Shown here piece after piece: positions 29,011 through 37,554 of a DNA stretch of 60,875 bases; the first letter of the stretch is position 1; each line of letters begins with the position of its first letter. The position numbers were made by a program, and so were the translations under genes. The notes beneath the pieces were generated by a model that saw only the letters and a list, made by a program, of their open reading frames with translations, made no database searches and was not told the origin of the DNA. The stretch is from Candidatus Hadarchaeota archaeon (GTDB lineage: Archaea > Hadarchaeota > Hadarchaeia > Hadarchaeales > JAWBSP01). The stretch is from assembly GCA_964474885.1 (NCBI GenBank), contig CAYYWO010000005.1, positions 1-60,875 of the forward strand, written 5' to 3'.

Positions 29011-29894
29011 AGCATCGCCTCCACCTTCTCTGCTATCCCTATTAGCGCCCTAGAAGCAGGCGTTTCCCTGTCATACTCGATCACGGGCTTCATCTGCGCC
29101 AGAGCCTCCACGACCTTCATATCCAAGGGCACAGAGCCCAGATACTGAAATCCCTCTTCTACCGCCCATGTCTCCAGTTGATGCTCGAATTCAGGTGAGT
29201 ATCCAGCCTTGTTCACGACCAAACCCACCGGAACCTTGAAGTGCCTCGCAACTTGATAGAGTCTCCACAAATTTCGCTTGGCTGCGGGTGTGGGTTCGGT
29301 AACTGCGATGAGGTAGTCTGCCCCGCTCACGGATGCCACCACAGGACAGCCTATGCCTGGTGCGGCATCCACCACTACTGCCTTACATCCAGCATCCTGA
29401 GCCTTCCGCCTCGCCAGATTCCTGATCTCCGAAACGAGTAGCCCTGAATTGTGCTCCCCCAGCCTCAATTTCCCCGTCACGCACTCAAACCCGTACTTGG
29501 TCCTCTCCAAGAATATCTTCCCGGTCTCGGCCTCCCTCAGCGTGATCGCACCCGTCGGGCAGACCCAAGTGCAGGTACTGCAACCCTCGCAGAGGAGTTC
29601 TACCACCTTCGCCTTCCCTCCCTCCTCGACTATCGCCCCAAACGGGCAGACCTGCGAGCATTTGAAGCACCCCAAACATTTTTCCTGATCCACCCTAGCC
29701 CTCCTAGACACCCTAACATCCAAGGTGAACAACGTTTCTCCCCCTCCCAGCGAGAGGAGGAGATCTGGGGCATCCACGTCCGCGTCCGCAGCCAGAACCC
29801 TGTAGCCCTTCTCAGCCAAGTAAACTGCCAAACAGGAAGAGACTGTGGTCTTCCCTACCCCCCCTTTCCCGCTCGCCACGACTATTTCTTTCAA
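29007..29894 (-). CDS. MinD-family P-loop ATPase with inserted 2x[4Fe-4S] domain (COG1149)
   Basis: SGKGGVGKT, CLGCFKCSQVCP, CEGCSTCTWVCP, DAAPGIGCPV. Confidence 0.9.
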   Translation of the reverse strand: MKEIVVASGKGGVGKTTVSSCLAVYLAEKGYRVLAADADVDAPDLLLSLGGGETLFTLDVRVSRRARVDQEKCLGCFKCSQVCPFGAIVEEGGKAKVVELLCEGCSTCTWVCPTGAITLREAETGKIFLERTKYGFECVTGKLRLGEHNSGLLVSEIRNLARRKAQDAGCKAVVVDAAPGIGCPVVASVSGADYLIAVTEPTPAAKRNLWRLYQVARHFKVPVGLVVNKAGYSPEFEHQLETWAVEEGFQYLGSVPLDMKVVEALAQMKPVIEYDRETPASRALIGIAEKVEAML

Positions 29895-29898
29895 GGCT

Positions 29899-30741
29899 TC
29901 ACCTAGGCTGTTTCAGCACGTACGAGTTTATCGCCTCACGGATCCTCGTGCCTGGGGGGACGCTGATCGTCTGCATCCCAAACTGGGCCGCGACTGCCGC
30001 AGCATTGGGCCCAAACCTCCCGGCTACCAAGCACCGGACACCTTGGGATGCGAGCATTTGCGTCACCGCTACTCCCGCACCTGAAGGGTAGGAGGCCATC
30101 GAGTTCGGCAGAACCTTGGAACCAACAATATTGTTGCCCTCAATTTCGACAATTGTAAAGGTCGGTGCCCGCGCGAACATAGGAGAGACCACGTCATCTA
30201 GGCCTCCAGCTCCCTGACAAGCAACCGCAACCTTGAACTTGCCCGAGGGCAAAGAGACCTTTTGCCGTGGGCCCCAGGAGGTGGAGCCAGTCCAGAGGGT
30301 GGATCCCATCCCCCAGCCCCTCCCGAATCCCATGAAGGGCATTGGTGCTGGTGGCATCGGGGGGAAGGGCTGCATCTTCGCCTCCCTGCACGCGTCCTCC
30401 AAGGTAGCCAGCTTCGCCTTGTCCTGGATTATCTCGTCCACAGCCTCCCTAACGGTTTGTGCAGAGGTCATGTACACCGCAATACCCCTCGCCGCCAGCT
30501 GTTGCATCGCCCTGGGACCAATACCCTTCACCAACACCGCCTCCACACCTTTAGAGGCGAGCAAGTCTATCTGCGAGGGGGGTGCAAAGGGCGCTGTCGC
30601 TCTGGGGCTCTGAACCACCTCCACGTTGGAGATCTTTCCCTCCACGATGTCCACGACCGTGTAAAAATCACAACGGCCGAAGTGGTAGGCGACTTTCGCC
30701 TCCAAGCCGCCCGGAGGTTCAGACGGGATCGCTACCTTCAT
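29899..30741 (-). CDS. Tandem NifB/NifX-domain protein (IssA/SipA-like)
   Basis: Two NifX domains (HFGRC; FARAPTF..GRFGPNA) joined by a Pro/Met and GRGWG linker. Confidence 0.85.
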   Translation of the reverse strand: MKVAIPSEPPGGLEAKVAYHFGRCDFYTVVDIVEGKISNVEVVQSPRATAPFAPPSQIDLLASKGVEAVLVKGIGPRAMQQLAARGIAVYMTSAQTVREAVDEIIQDKAKLATLEDACREAKMQPFPPMPPAPMPFMGFGRGWGMGSTLWTGSTSWGPRQKVSLPSGKFKVAVACQGAGGLDDVVSPMFARAPTFTIVEIEGNNIVGSKVLPNSMASYPSGAGVAVTQMLASQGVRCLVAGRFGPNAAAVAAQFGMQTISVPPGTRIREAINSYVLKQPR

Positions 30742-31076
30742 ATCCCCTCAGACTTCAGGAATTCTTCGAGGGCCTGCTTCACCTTGATGCCCGCCGGTAC
30801 TTTGAAGGATTTCAGGTTCATGTCTTTGAGCAGGGCCATGATGCCCACTCCGAACTCCGACCCTACAACCGCCTTGACTCCCAGATCTGCCAGCATCTTG
30901 ACGGCTATGGGACCGGCCCCGTAGTCGTACGATGCGGCGGGATTCTCCACCGCTCGCACATCCTTCACCTCTCCATCCTCTACCTCAACTATCGTAAAGG
31001 TCTTTGCCCTCCCAAATACTTCTGACACCTCGTCCTCCAGCTTCTGCAAGCCCTTGCTCGCAACGGCTACCTTCAT
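30738..31076 (-). CDS. NifB/NifX-family protein
   Basis: KVAVAS, VSEVFGRAKTF, ENPA..GAG. Confidence 0.85.
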   Translation of the reverse strand: MKVAVASKGLQKLEDEVSEVFGRAKTFTIVEVEDGEVKDVRAVENPAASYDYGAGPIAVKMLADLGVKAVVGSEFGVGIMALLKDMNLKSFKVPAGIKVKQALEEFLKSEGI

Positions 31077-31079
31077 CGA

Positions 31080-31352
31080 TTACTTCCCCAGCTGTTCCTT
31101 GAGCTCCTTGATCCTAGCCTCCACTCCCTGGAGCTCCTCTTTCAGCTCCTCCCTGTAGGTCTCCAGCATTGCCAGCTCCTGCTCGGGAGGGAGGGGTGGA
31201 GCCGGAGGCCACATGGGTGACCAAGGGAACCAGAAGGGCATCGGTGGAGTGCTTGGTGGAGCACTTGGCTGCTGCCCCGCTTGCTGCTGGCCCGATTGCT
31301 GGCTAGTCGGCTGCTGGTAAGGGTACATCCACCACCAGGGCCACCACCACAT
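31080..31352 (-). CDS. Trp/Pro/Gln-rich small protein with C-terminal coiled coil (DUF5320-like)
   Basis: ATG after GGTGA SD; MWWWPWWW..., PEQELAMLETYREELKEELQGVEARIKELK. Confidence 0.75.
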   Translation of the reverse strand: MWWWPWWWMYPYQQPTSQQSGQQQAGQQPSAPPSTPPMPFWFPWSPMWPPAPPLPPEQELAMLETYREELKEELQGVEARIKELKEQLGK

Positions 31353-31354
31353 GC

Positions 31355-31573
31355 TCACCACCAGTACCAGGGGTAGAGGTACCAGCTAGTCCAGGGGTAC
31401 CAGTAGTACGCCCAAGGGCCGAAGAGCCACCAACAGGCGCCTCTGCCAAAGACCCAGCCGGGTCTTAGCCAAGGAGGTAGATAACTGAAGGGGCCTCTGC
31501 CAGGCCATGGACCGAACCAGCCTCTACCTCTGCCCCAGCCGAACCATCCCCAACCGTAGGGCCACCACCACAT
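31355..31573 (-). CDS. Trp/Gly/Pro-rich microprotein (DUF5320-like N-terminal part)
   Basis: 19 Trp in 72 aa; GRGRGWFGPWPGRGPFSYLPPWLRPGW..GRGACWW; first gene after TATA. Confidence 0.7.
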   Translation of the reverse strand: MWWWPYGWGWFGWGRGRGWFGPWPGRGPFSYLPPWLRPGWVFGRGACWWLFGPWAYYWYPWTSWYLYPWYWW

Positions 31574-31603
31574 TATGTGTTATTGCACAAAACTATTTAA
31601 ATA
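31573..31603 (-). promoter_or_regulatory. TATA box plus palindromic operator of the NifX operon
   Basis: TATTTAAATA (31594-31603) and TTATGTG-TTATTG-CACAAAA between TATA and ATG. Confidence 0.5.
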
Positions 31604-31986
31604 TTTTGCTGTCGCCCGCCGAAAGGGGGGCCAGCAGGCATTATCACGAGGGGTCTCTGCTCCACCAGCATCTGGGCGATCTTGCTTCTGGCACTTTCCA
31701 GACACCTCCATACCGTCCCCCTAGAGACTCCCATACGCTCGGCCGCCTCCTCCTGCCTGAGCCCTTCGTAGTAAATCAGGCGAAAAGCCTCGAACTCATC
31801 GGGAGTCATGAAGATCGGTTGCCCCCTGAGAAGTGGTGGTCTGACGGGGGAGGGGATAAAAGCCACAGGAGTGAGGGGCATCCCCACGAATCTGGGCTTC
31901 ATGGGCCTCCCAGGGCCCTCCCTCTTTCCATATGCCCACCTGAACATCAAAGAGTTAACGGGCGAGCTATTAGTTAGACCATGCAC
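31597..31986 (-). CDS. DUF134 HTH DNA-binding protein (start uncertain)
   Basis: DEFEAFRLIYYEGLRQEEAAERMGVSRGTVWR..SARSKIA. Confidence 0.9.
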   Translation of the reverse strand: MHGLTNSSPVNSLMFRWAYGKREGPGRPMKPRFVGMPLTPVAFIPSPVRPPLLRGQPIFMTPDEFEAFRLIYYEGLRQEEAAERMGVSRGTVWRCLESARSKIAQMLVEQRPLVIMPAGPPFGGRQQNI

Positions 31987-33047
31987 TTCTCTATCAGTGG
32001 CTTATCCCCCAATTTCTCCGCAGCGGTCAGCAGGGGCACCCTCACCTTCTCGGCGTAGGCGAAGACCTTCTCCAGCCTGCGCCTGAACTCTCCCCTGCAC
32101 AGGTGGTGATCCCATATGATCAGCTTGGGCTTGGAGTCGATTATCCTGCGCATGTTCTCCAAAACCTGCTGGACATCCTCCTCCCCAGTCATGTACCCGT
32201 AGCCGTAGACCGGTGGCCCATCCGCCACCAGCACAGCGGGCCTCTCCCTTGTGATCCAGTCAGCGTACTCTTCTATCACGGGTCCCTGCAGGTCGGAGGT
32301 GTAGAGGAACTTCTGTCCGCGGTACTCAACCTTGAACCCGACCACCCAGCCTAGGTTCTCCAAGAATTGTCCGTGGAAAAGGGGTTTGGTGAATTTCACG
32401 CGGGTGCGCCCAAAGGTGAAGCTCTTCCCATCCGCAAACCTCACGTTCCCGAACTCTCCTATCCACTCTCCCTTGGACCACGTCCTCACGATCGAACCGA
32501 ACCACCTCTTCTTGGCCCCGTACACCATCCTCTTCTTCCCCCGGGCCCGCTCCCACTGGGCGGCAGTCCGGGGGTGGGTTTCGAACGGATCCTCCAGCCG
32601 GGGCCTGGGCGGCTGCAGGATGTCCTCAAAGTCTCCCCCACCCTCAAGCTGGAAGAACCAGGACAGGAAATCCTGCGCCCTCTCCCGCTGGGACTGGTTG
32701 ATCCACTGGTTGGGATCCTTCACCAGCAGCCTCTTGCCGGACAGCACCTTCCTCATCTCCTCCCTCCTGTCGGGGCTGGGGTGGTGATCGTAGTGGTAGT
32801 GGGTTATGACAACCACGTCCGCCCCCTGCCCGTACCTGCGTATCCTCCTGAAGGCCTCCTCGCAGAGCTCCTCCTTCAGCTCCTTGGGACACGGGAAGCC
32901 GCCTGGTAACCCCGCCGCACCGGGATCGACGAGGATGCTCACATCGGGCGTCCTCACCAGCACGGAGCTACACTTGGCACCCATGGAGTCGAAGAAGAGC
33001 AGGCGGATCTCCATCCTGCCTAGGCGTATCACGTCGGACATCCCCAA
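31974..33047 (-). CDS. Metallo-beta-lactamase-fold hydrolase (UPF0282-like)
   Basis: FDSMGAK, DPGAA, THYHYDH, FHG, SDLQGP, DHHL. Confidence 0.85.
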   Translation of the reverse strand: MGMSDVIRLGRMEIRLLFFDSMGAKCSSVLVRTPDVSILVDPGAAGLPGGFPCPKELKEELCEEAFRRIRRYGQGADVVVITHYHYDHHPSPDRREEMRKVLSGKRLLVKDPNQWINQSQRERAQDFLSWFFQLEGGGDFEDILQPPRPRLEDPFETHPRTAAQWERARGKKRMVYGAKKRWFGSIVRTWSKGEWIGEFGNVRFADGKSFTFGRTRVKFTKPLFHGQFLENLGWVVGFKVEYRGQKFLYTSDLQGPVIEEYADWITRERPAVLVADGPPVYGYGYMTGEEDVQQVLENMRRIIDSKPKLIIWDHHLCRGEFRRRLEKVFAYAEKVRVPLLTAAEKLGDKPLIEKCMV

Positions 33048-33116
33048 TCTCCGTGAGAACAGATGAAAGAAGGCCGGAACCCGGCGGGCAGAAGAATTCG
33101 GTGCTTTAGACCAAAC

Positions 33117-34256
33117 CTATGCCTCCAAGAAATGCACATAGGCCGGGAGGTTGCCGTGCATCAGCCTGCGCCTCCATCGAAGACCATAGCCCGCCTCCCG
33201 GGCGGCCTCCTCCAGCAGCTCGCTCTCGGAGGTTATCACTTCCCCCCTAGTTGCCCCTATGCTCAGGAGGGAGCGAAGCATCTCCCGGTAGAGGTGCGGG
33301 AGAGCCCCCTTCCTAGTCGACCTGACGCCGTAGGGAGGGTTGACGCAGAACCAGTACTCCCCCTCATCCAGGTGCCGGTAAAGATGCCTGCAGTCGGCGT
33401 GCAGGAACTCTATCGCTTCCCTAACCCCCGCGGACTCTGCGTTCCTCATCCCTCCCGCCAAGTGTTTGGCCGACACGTCTCCCGCGTAAACCAGTTTTCT
33501 CTCCGCCCGCTTCGCAACCCTTTCCGCTTTTTTCCTCTCCTCCCAGTAGATCCGGGCATCCAGCATGGACAACTGGACTAGGGGGTGAACTGACTTGTAC
33601 AGTCCGGGAGCGCGGTCAAGAGCGGACAAACATGCCTCAATGGGTATGGTTGCGCCCCCGCACATGGGATCCAATAGCGGTACTTGCCCCTTCCACCCCA
33701 GCATGCGTACCATGCCCGCGGCTATGACCGGATTCAGGGCCGCGGGGTGATTGTAGACTCTATATCCCCTCTTGTTCAGCCCCTCACCGCTCGTGTTGAT
33801 GCCCAGGTAGAACCTGTCGTCGCGTATCTTCAGGTAAAATTCCAGAGTCGGCTGCCGCAGGTTGACCCCCACCCGCAGGCCTGCCGAGCGGGCGATGTTC
33901 AGGATCACGCCACCTGCCTCCCTGGCCGCATCCAGACTCGTGAACCCGTGCTTCCCCGACCTCTGGCATCTGACGGCAAACGTGTACTCATCCCTAAAAC
34001 ACTCCAAGATCCTCTCCCTGTTCCGGTTAATCTCCCGGAGCATGTCCTCCAGTCCGCCCATCCTGCCGGAGCATACCTCGAGCAGGACGCGGGTGAAGGT
34101 CCTCCCCCAGAGATTCAGCCTGACCAGCCCCAGCTCATCTGTCTCCACCTCCACGAGCCCCCTCTCGGTGACGCATGCCCGACCAGCGATTTCTCGTGCC
34201 TCCTCTGCAGCCACCTCCTCGAGACCTTCGGGAGTGGAAAGCAGAATCTTCATCAA
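33117..34256 (-). CDS. trm14: tRNA (guanine-6-N2) methyltransferase, THUMP + MTase
   Basis: THUMP domain, LNKRGYRVYNHPAALNP, DPMCGGATIPIE, NPPYG. Confidence 0.85.
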   Translation of the reverse strand: MMKILLSTPEGLEEVAAEEAREIAGRACVTERGLVEVETDELGLVRLNLWGRTFTRVLLEVCSGRMGGLEDMLREINRNRERILECFRDEYTFAVRCQRSGKHGFTSLDAAREAGGVILNIARSAGLRVGVNLRQPTLEFYLKIRDDRFYLGINTSGEGLNKRGYRVYNHPAALNPVIAAGMVRMLGWKGQVPLLDPMCGGATIPIEACLSALDRAPGLYKSVHPLVQLSMLDARIYWEERKKAERVAKRAERKLVYAGDVSAKHLAGGMRNAESAGVREAIEFLHADCRHLYRHLDEGEYWFCVNPPYGVRSTRKGALPHLYREMLRSLLSIGATRGEVITSESELLEEAAREAGYGLRWRRRLMHGNLPAYVHFLEA

Positions 34257-35116
34257 GAGCTGGACGTCCGGCGGTAGCTCCTTATCCTCTCCTCCAGCCT
34301 CTTGGCGAACTCTGCATCGACGTATGCCTTGAGCCTGTCCAAGCTCGTATCGTAAGGATCCACCACCTCTTCTTCCAGCGTCTCCGGGTAATTTCCTCCA
34401 GGATCTACCTCGTCCAGCATCTGCATCAAGAGCTCCCTCTCCTCCTTCGGCATTACTCTGGGATCCGTCATGGCCGCAGCCCTCGCATAGATGCCTTCGT
34501 CGAGCAAGAAACGCAGGGCCTTGAAAGGAAGTTCGTAGAACCTGCCCTGAGCCCCCGTCCTAGCCGTGAAACCCTCGGGAGTAGCGGCCTTGATCGAAAC
34601 CCTGACGTAAAGCTTCTGCTTGAATTCCGCCAGCCTCCTCACGTAGTCCCTGTCCGAGCCTAGGAGGATGCCGTTGGTCTCCAAGATGAAGAGTGGGTAG
34701 GGGGAGTCCATAACAAAGCCGAGGAGGGAGAGCAGGTGCTCCTTCCCGATCGTGGGCTCGCAACCCGAAACCCTCAGCTTATTCACTTGGGGAATGCGCC
34801 GCCTCCAGTACTCTGACCTCATACCCTCCTCGGCGGTTTGGAAGAGTCTCTGAGCGGCGGCGCAGGGAGAGTAAAACCTGCCGAACCTCTCGGGAAAGTC
34901 CCTAGACCAGCCGCTCCAGCAATAAAAGCACCTCAGACAGCAGCCGACCGCGTACCCTGTGGCTATGCCCCTGTAAACGGGCACACAGTAAAAGCTTGTA
35001 TACTTCCTCTCCAAGCCGTCGGGCCCTCTCCTGGTCACGAGATCCTCCGTCTGCCGGGCAAGTTCCAATGGGTCGAAAGGTTTGAAGCCTGGTGCCAAGA
35101 ACCTCTGGTACCCCAT
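34253..35116 (-). CDS. Radical SAM protein
   Basis: GIATGYAVGCCLRCFYCW, RVSGCEPT, LETNG; ATG overlaps upstream stop. Confidence 0.85.
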   Translation of the reverse strand: MGYQRFLAPGFKPFDPLELARQTEDLVTRRGPDGLERKYTSFYCVPVYRGIATGYAVGCCLRCFYCWSGWSRDFPERFGRFYSPCAAAQRLFQTAEEGMRSEYWRRRIPQVNKLRVSGCEPTIGKEHLLSLLGFVMDSPYPLFILETNGILLGSDRDYVRRLAEFKQKLYVRVSIKAATPEGFTARTGAQGRFYELPFKALRFLLDEGIYARAAAMTDPRVMPKEERELLMQMLDEVDPGGNYPETLEEEVVDPYDTSLDRLKAYVDAEFAKRLEERIRSYRRTSSS

Positions 35117-36255
35117 CAGTGGGGCAGGACGAGCCCCGCGAAAGCCGCGATCAGATCCCGGAGGCGCCTCCGAAACCTGCGCTCCGGCTTCAAGCCTAAA
35201 GAGAGTTCTAGCAGTTCCAGGAAGTGGTAAACCGGAGGCAGGGCTGGATTTAGGAGCTTCGCGGCGCTGAGCACGAGATAACATCCGTTACAATAGGCTG
35301 CGACAGCTTGGGCCCCCGTTGCCTGGATCTCAAGCACCCTTGAGGCCGTCGCCTTCACCACATCGAGAGGGGAGAACCTAGAAGCAAAAGCACCGATCCC
35401 ACAGCACTTGGCCTTCAGCCTGCTGTACTCCATCTCAACTATCTCCAGACCGAGCTCCTGCAGGAACTCCCTCGTCTCCTCAATGAACCCACGCCCCAAC
35501 GACGAGGAGTGACAATTGTCCTGAACCGTTACCTTAAATCTCAGGGGGCTTGGTTTCAGCTTCCCCTTCCTTATCTCCTCAAGCAGCCAGCTCACCATGG
35601 GAATAACCTCGACCCCAGGATCTGTACCAAAGGTTCTGGGGTGGACGTTCTGGATCATATTGTTGCCTGAGGGACAGAAGCAAATGATCCTCTTTATTCC
35701 TCTCTCCTCGAACTTCCTCCTCAAGCTCTCGGCCCTCTTTTTGGCTTCTTCTAGCATGCCCAGCCTGTAAAAGATCTCACCGCAGCATGCTGATCTCTCC
35801 CCATAGATAGGAGGAGCATTGCGAAAAATGGGAGAGAGGAAAAGATAGGGAGTAATACGGGCATTGCAGCCCACAAAAATTACTTGCTCCGCTCGGGTTC
35901 TAGCCCAGCTCTGAACCGCCGTCCTCTCGTCCGGTGGCAGGAACCGTTCAAGTTCCGCGAGCAGATCTTTTTCACCGTAGCCTAGTAGAAAAGGAGTTAT
36001 CCACTTGGGCACTCCTGAACTCTTGTTGCGCCTCCACCAGTGCTCCAAGATCAGCGAATATGGATGTGCATCCTGCGGACACACAGCATCGCACTTCATG
36101 CATCCAGTGCATCTATCCAGCACCTCCCTGACGTACTCCCCCTCCACCAGGCGTTTCATGAGTTCGCGTGCCTTCCTTTGGGGGAGTTGTAAGACTGGGC
36201 ATTGGCTCAGGCACAAGCCACAGAGTGTGCATTTCTCAGGTTCGAAGAGCTTCAT
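35116..36255 (-). CDS. (Fe-S)-binding CCG-domain oxidoreductase (HdrD/GlpC-like)
   Basis: CTLCGLCLSQCP, CTGCMKCDAVCP, two CCG motifs. Confidence 0.88.
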   Translation of the reverse strand: MKLFEPEKCTLCGLCLSQCPVLQLPQRKARELMKRLVEGEYVREVLDRCTGCMKCDAVCPQDAHPYSLILEHWWRRNKSSGVPKWITPFLLGYGEKDLLAELERFLPPDERTAVQSWARTRAEQVIFVGCNARITPYLFLSPIFRNAPPIYGERSACCGEIFYRLGMLEEAKKRAESLRRKFEERGIKRIICFCPSGNNMIQNVHPRTFGTDPGVEVIPMVSWLLEEIRKGKLKPSPLRFKVTVQDNCHSSSLGRGFIEETREFLQELGLEIVEMEYSRLKAKCCGIGAFASRFSPLDVVKATASRVLEIQATGAQAVAAYCNGCYLVLSAAKLLNPALPPVYHFLELLELSLGLKPERRFRRRLRDLIAAFAGLVLPH

Positions 36256-36289
36256 TTTAATAACCACTAACGTCTCTAAAGCTGGGAGT

Positions 36290-36313
36290 TGTCTGTTACT
36301 ATGGTAACAGACA
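36290..36313. repeat. 24-bp palindrome, copy 1
   Basis: TGTCTGTTACTATGGTAACAGACA (one mismatch). Confidence 0.95.
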
Positions 36314-37408
36314 AAACTGAGCACAAGCTCCAAGGGACGAGGCAGATCCTGATCCTAACAGGCTGAGGAGAGTGTGAAAACTACCCTCATGTACCAGCTG
36401 ATCGAGGATCTGCTGGACTCGGGGGTAGACCCTAGACACATCCTTTACTTCAGCTTCGATGCTAGGATCCAGGATCCTTTGGACATCCTGAGCGAGTACT
36501 AGAGGATAACGGGAACGGGCTGGAAGAACGAGCAAATCTTCGTGTTCTTCGACGAGATCCATGAGCTCAGGGAGTGGAGTTCGAAGGTGAAGCTCCTCTA
36601 CGACAACCTCTCCAACGCCAGGTTCGTGCTCTCGGGTTCGGCCAGCGCGATGCTCGAGCGCGAGACGGCCTCAGACCTTGCGGGCAGGTGCTTCCTGAGG
36701 GAGGTCGAACCCCTCTCGCTCAGGGAGTTCGCGGAACTCTCTGGGGCAGGGAGGTGGAGGATGGTCGAGCTCCCTCTTACATCAGACGCCCCTTCCCAGA
36801 AATCGTGGCTGGGATAACAAGAGGACGTACGAGTACATCAGGAAACTCGTGGTCGAGAAGGCTTTCAAGGCCGACCTGCCCGAGATCTTCGGCGGGGTGA
36901 ACACATCCCTGCTCTCGACCCTCTTGGAAAACTTCATGGAAGAACCCGGGGGACTCCTGAACTTTTCTTCCCTCTCCAAGGACCTGAGAGTCCACAGGCT
37001 ACGCTGGAGAGACATCTTCTATCTGGAGTTCATCAAGCTCATCAGGGTCGTGAGGAACTAGGCCCTCTGTAGGGCCGAGTCCAGAAGGATGAAGAAGATT
37101 TACCCCTACCACATAGCCCTGGCCTTCCCCTTCGGCTGAGCATTGATGAAGGAAGGGTGCTCGAGGCCCTCGTCGCCTCCTCTCTCCAGCTCAGGAACTA
37201 CTGGAGGGAAGGTAGCAAGGAGGCGGATTTCGTGCTGAGGAATGGAGAACTCGTGCCCCTCGAGGTCAAAGCTGGGGAGAAGGTGAGGAAGGAGGACTTA
37301 AAGGGCTTGCTCCACTTCATGGAGAAGTACTGGTTAGAAGGGCATCCTTGTTTATGGAGGGAGCGAGAGGAAAAGGTTGAAGCTCGACGCAGAAGAGATC
37401 GAGCTTAG
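36301..37408 (+). pseudogene. Degraded AAA+ ATPase (AAA_14/DUF4143 type)
   Basis: Frameshifted LILTG-LRRV*KTTLMYQ Walker A, FFDEIHE Walker B, LSGSAS, LAGR, PLSLREF, EADFV..PLEVK; multiple stops and frameshifts. Confidence 0.85.
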
Positions 37409-37554
37409 TGGATCTGCTCTTCTAGCAAACTGTTTGTTTGTTCAACTTGACAGATGAATAGTTCGTCTTGGCCAAAACATGTTCGCAATTAAATGCTTTA
37501 AGCTACCCGCTTAGCTGGAGATTCAACAATCAAGATCGAGCAATGCGCCCAAAG

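Noticed and set aside
29899-31076. Nitrogen fixation cluster
   Set aside because: Only NifX-like domains are present; no nifH, nifD or nifK.
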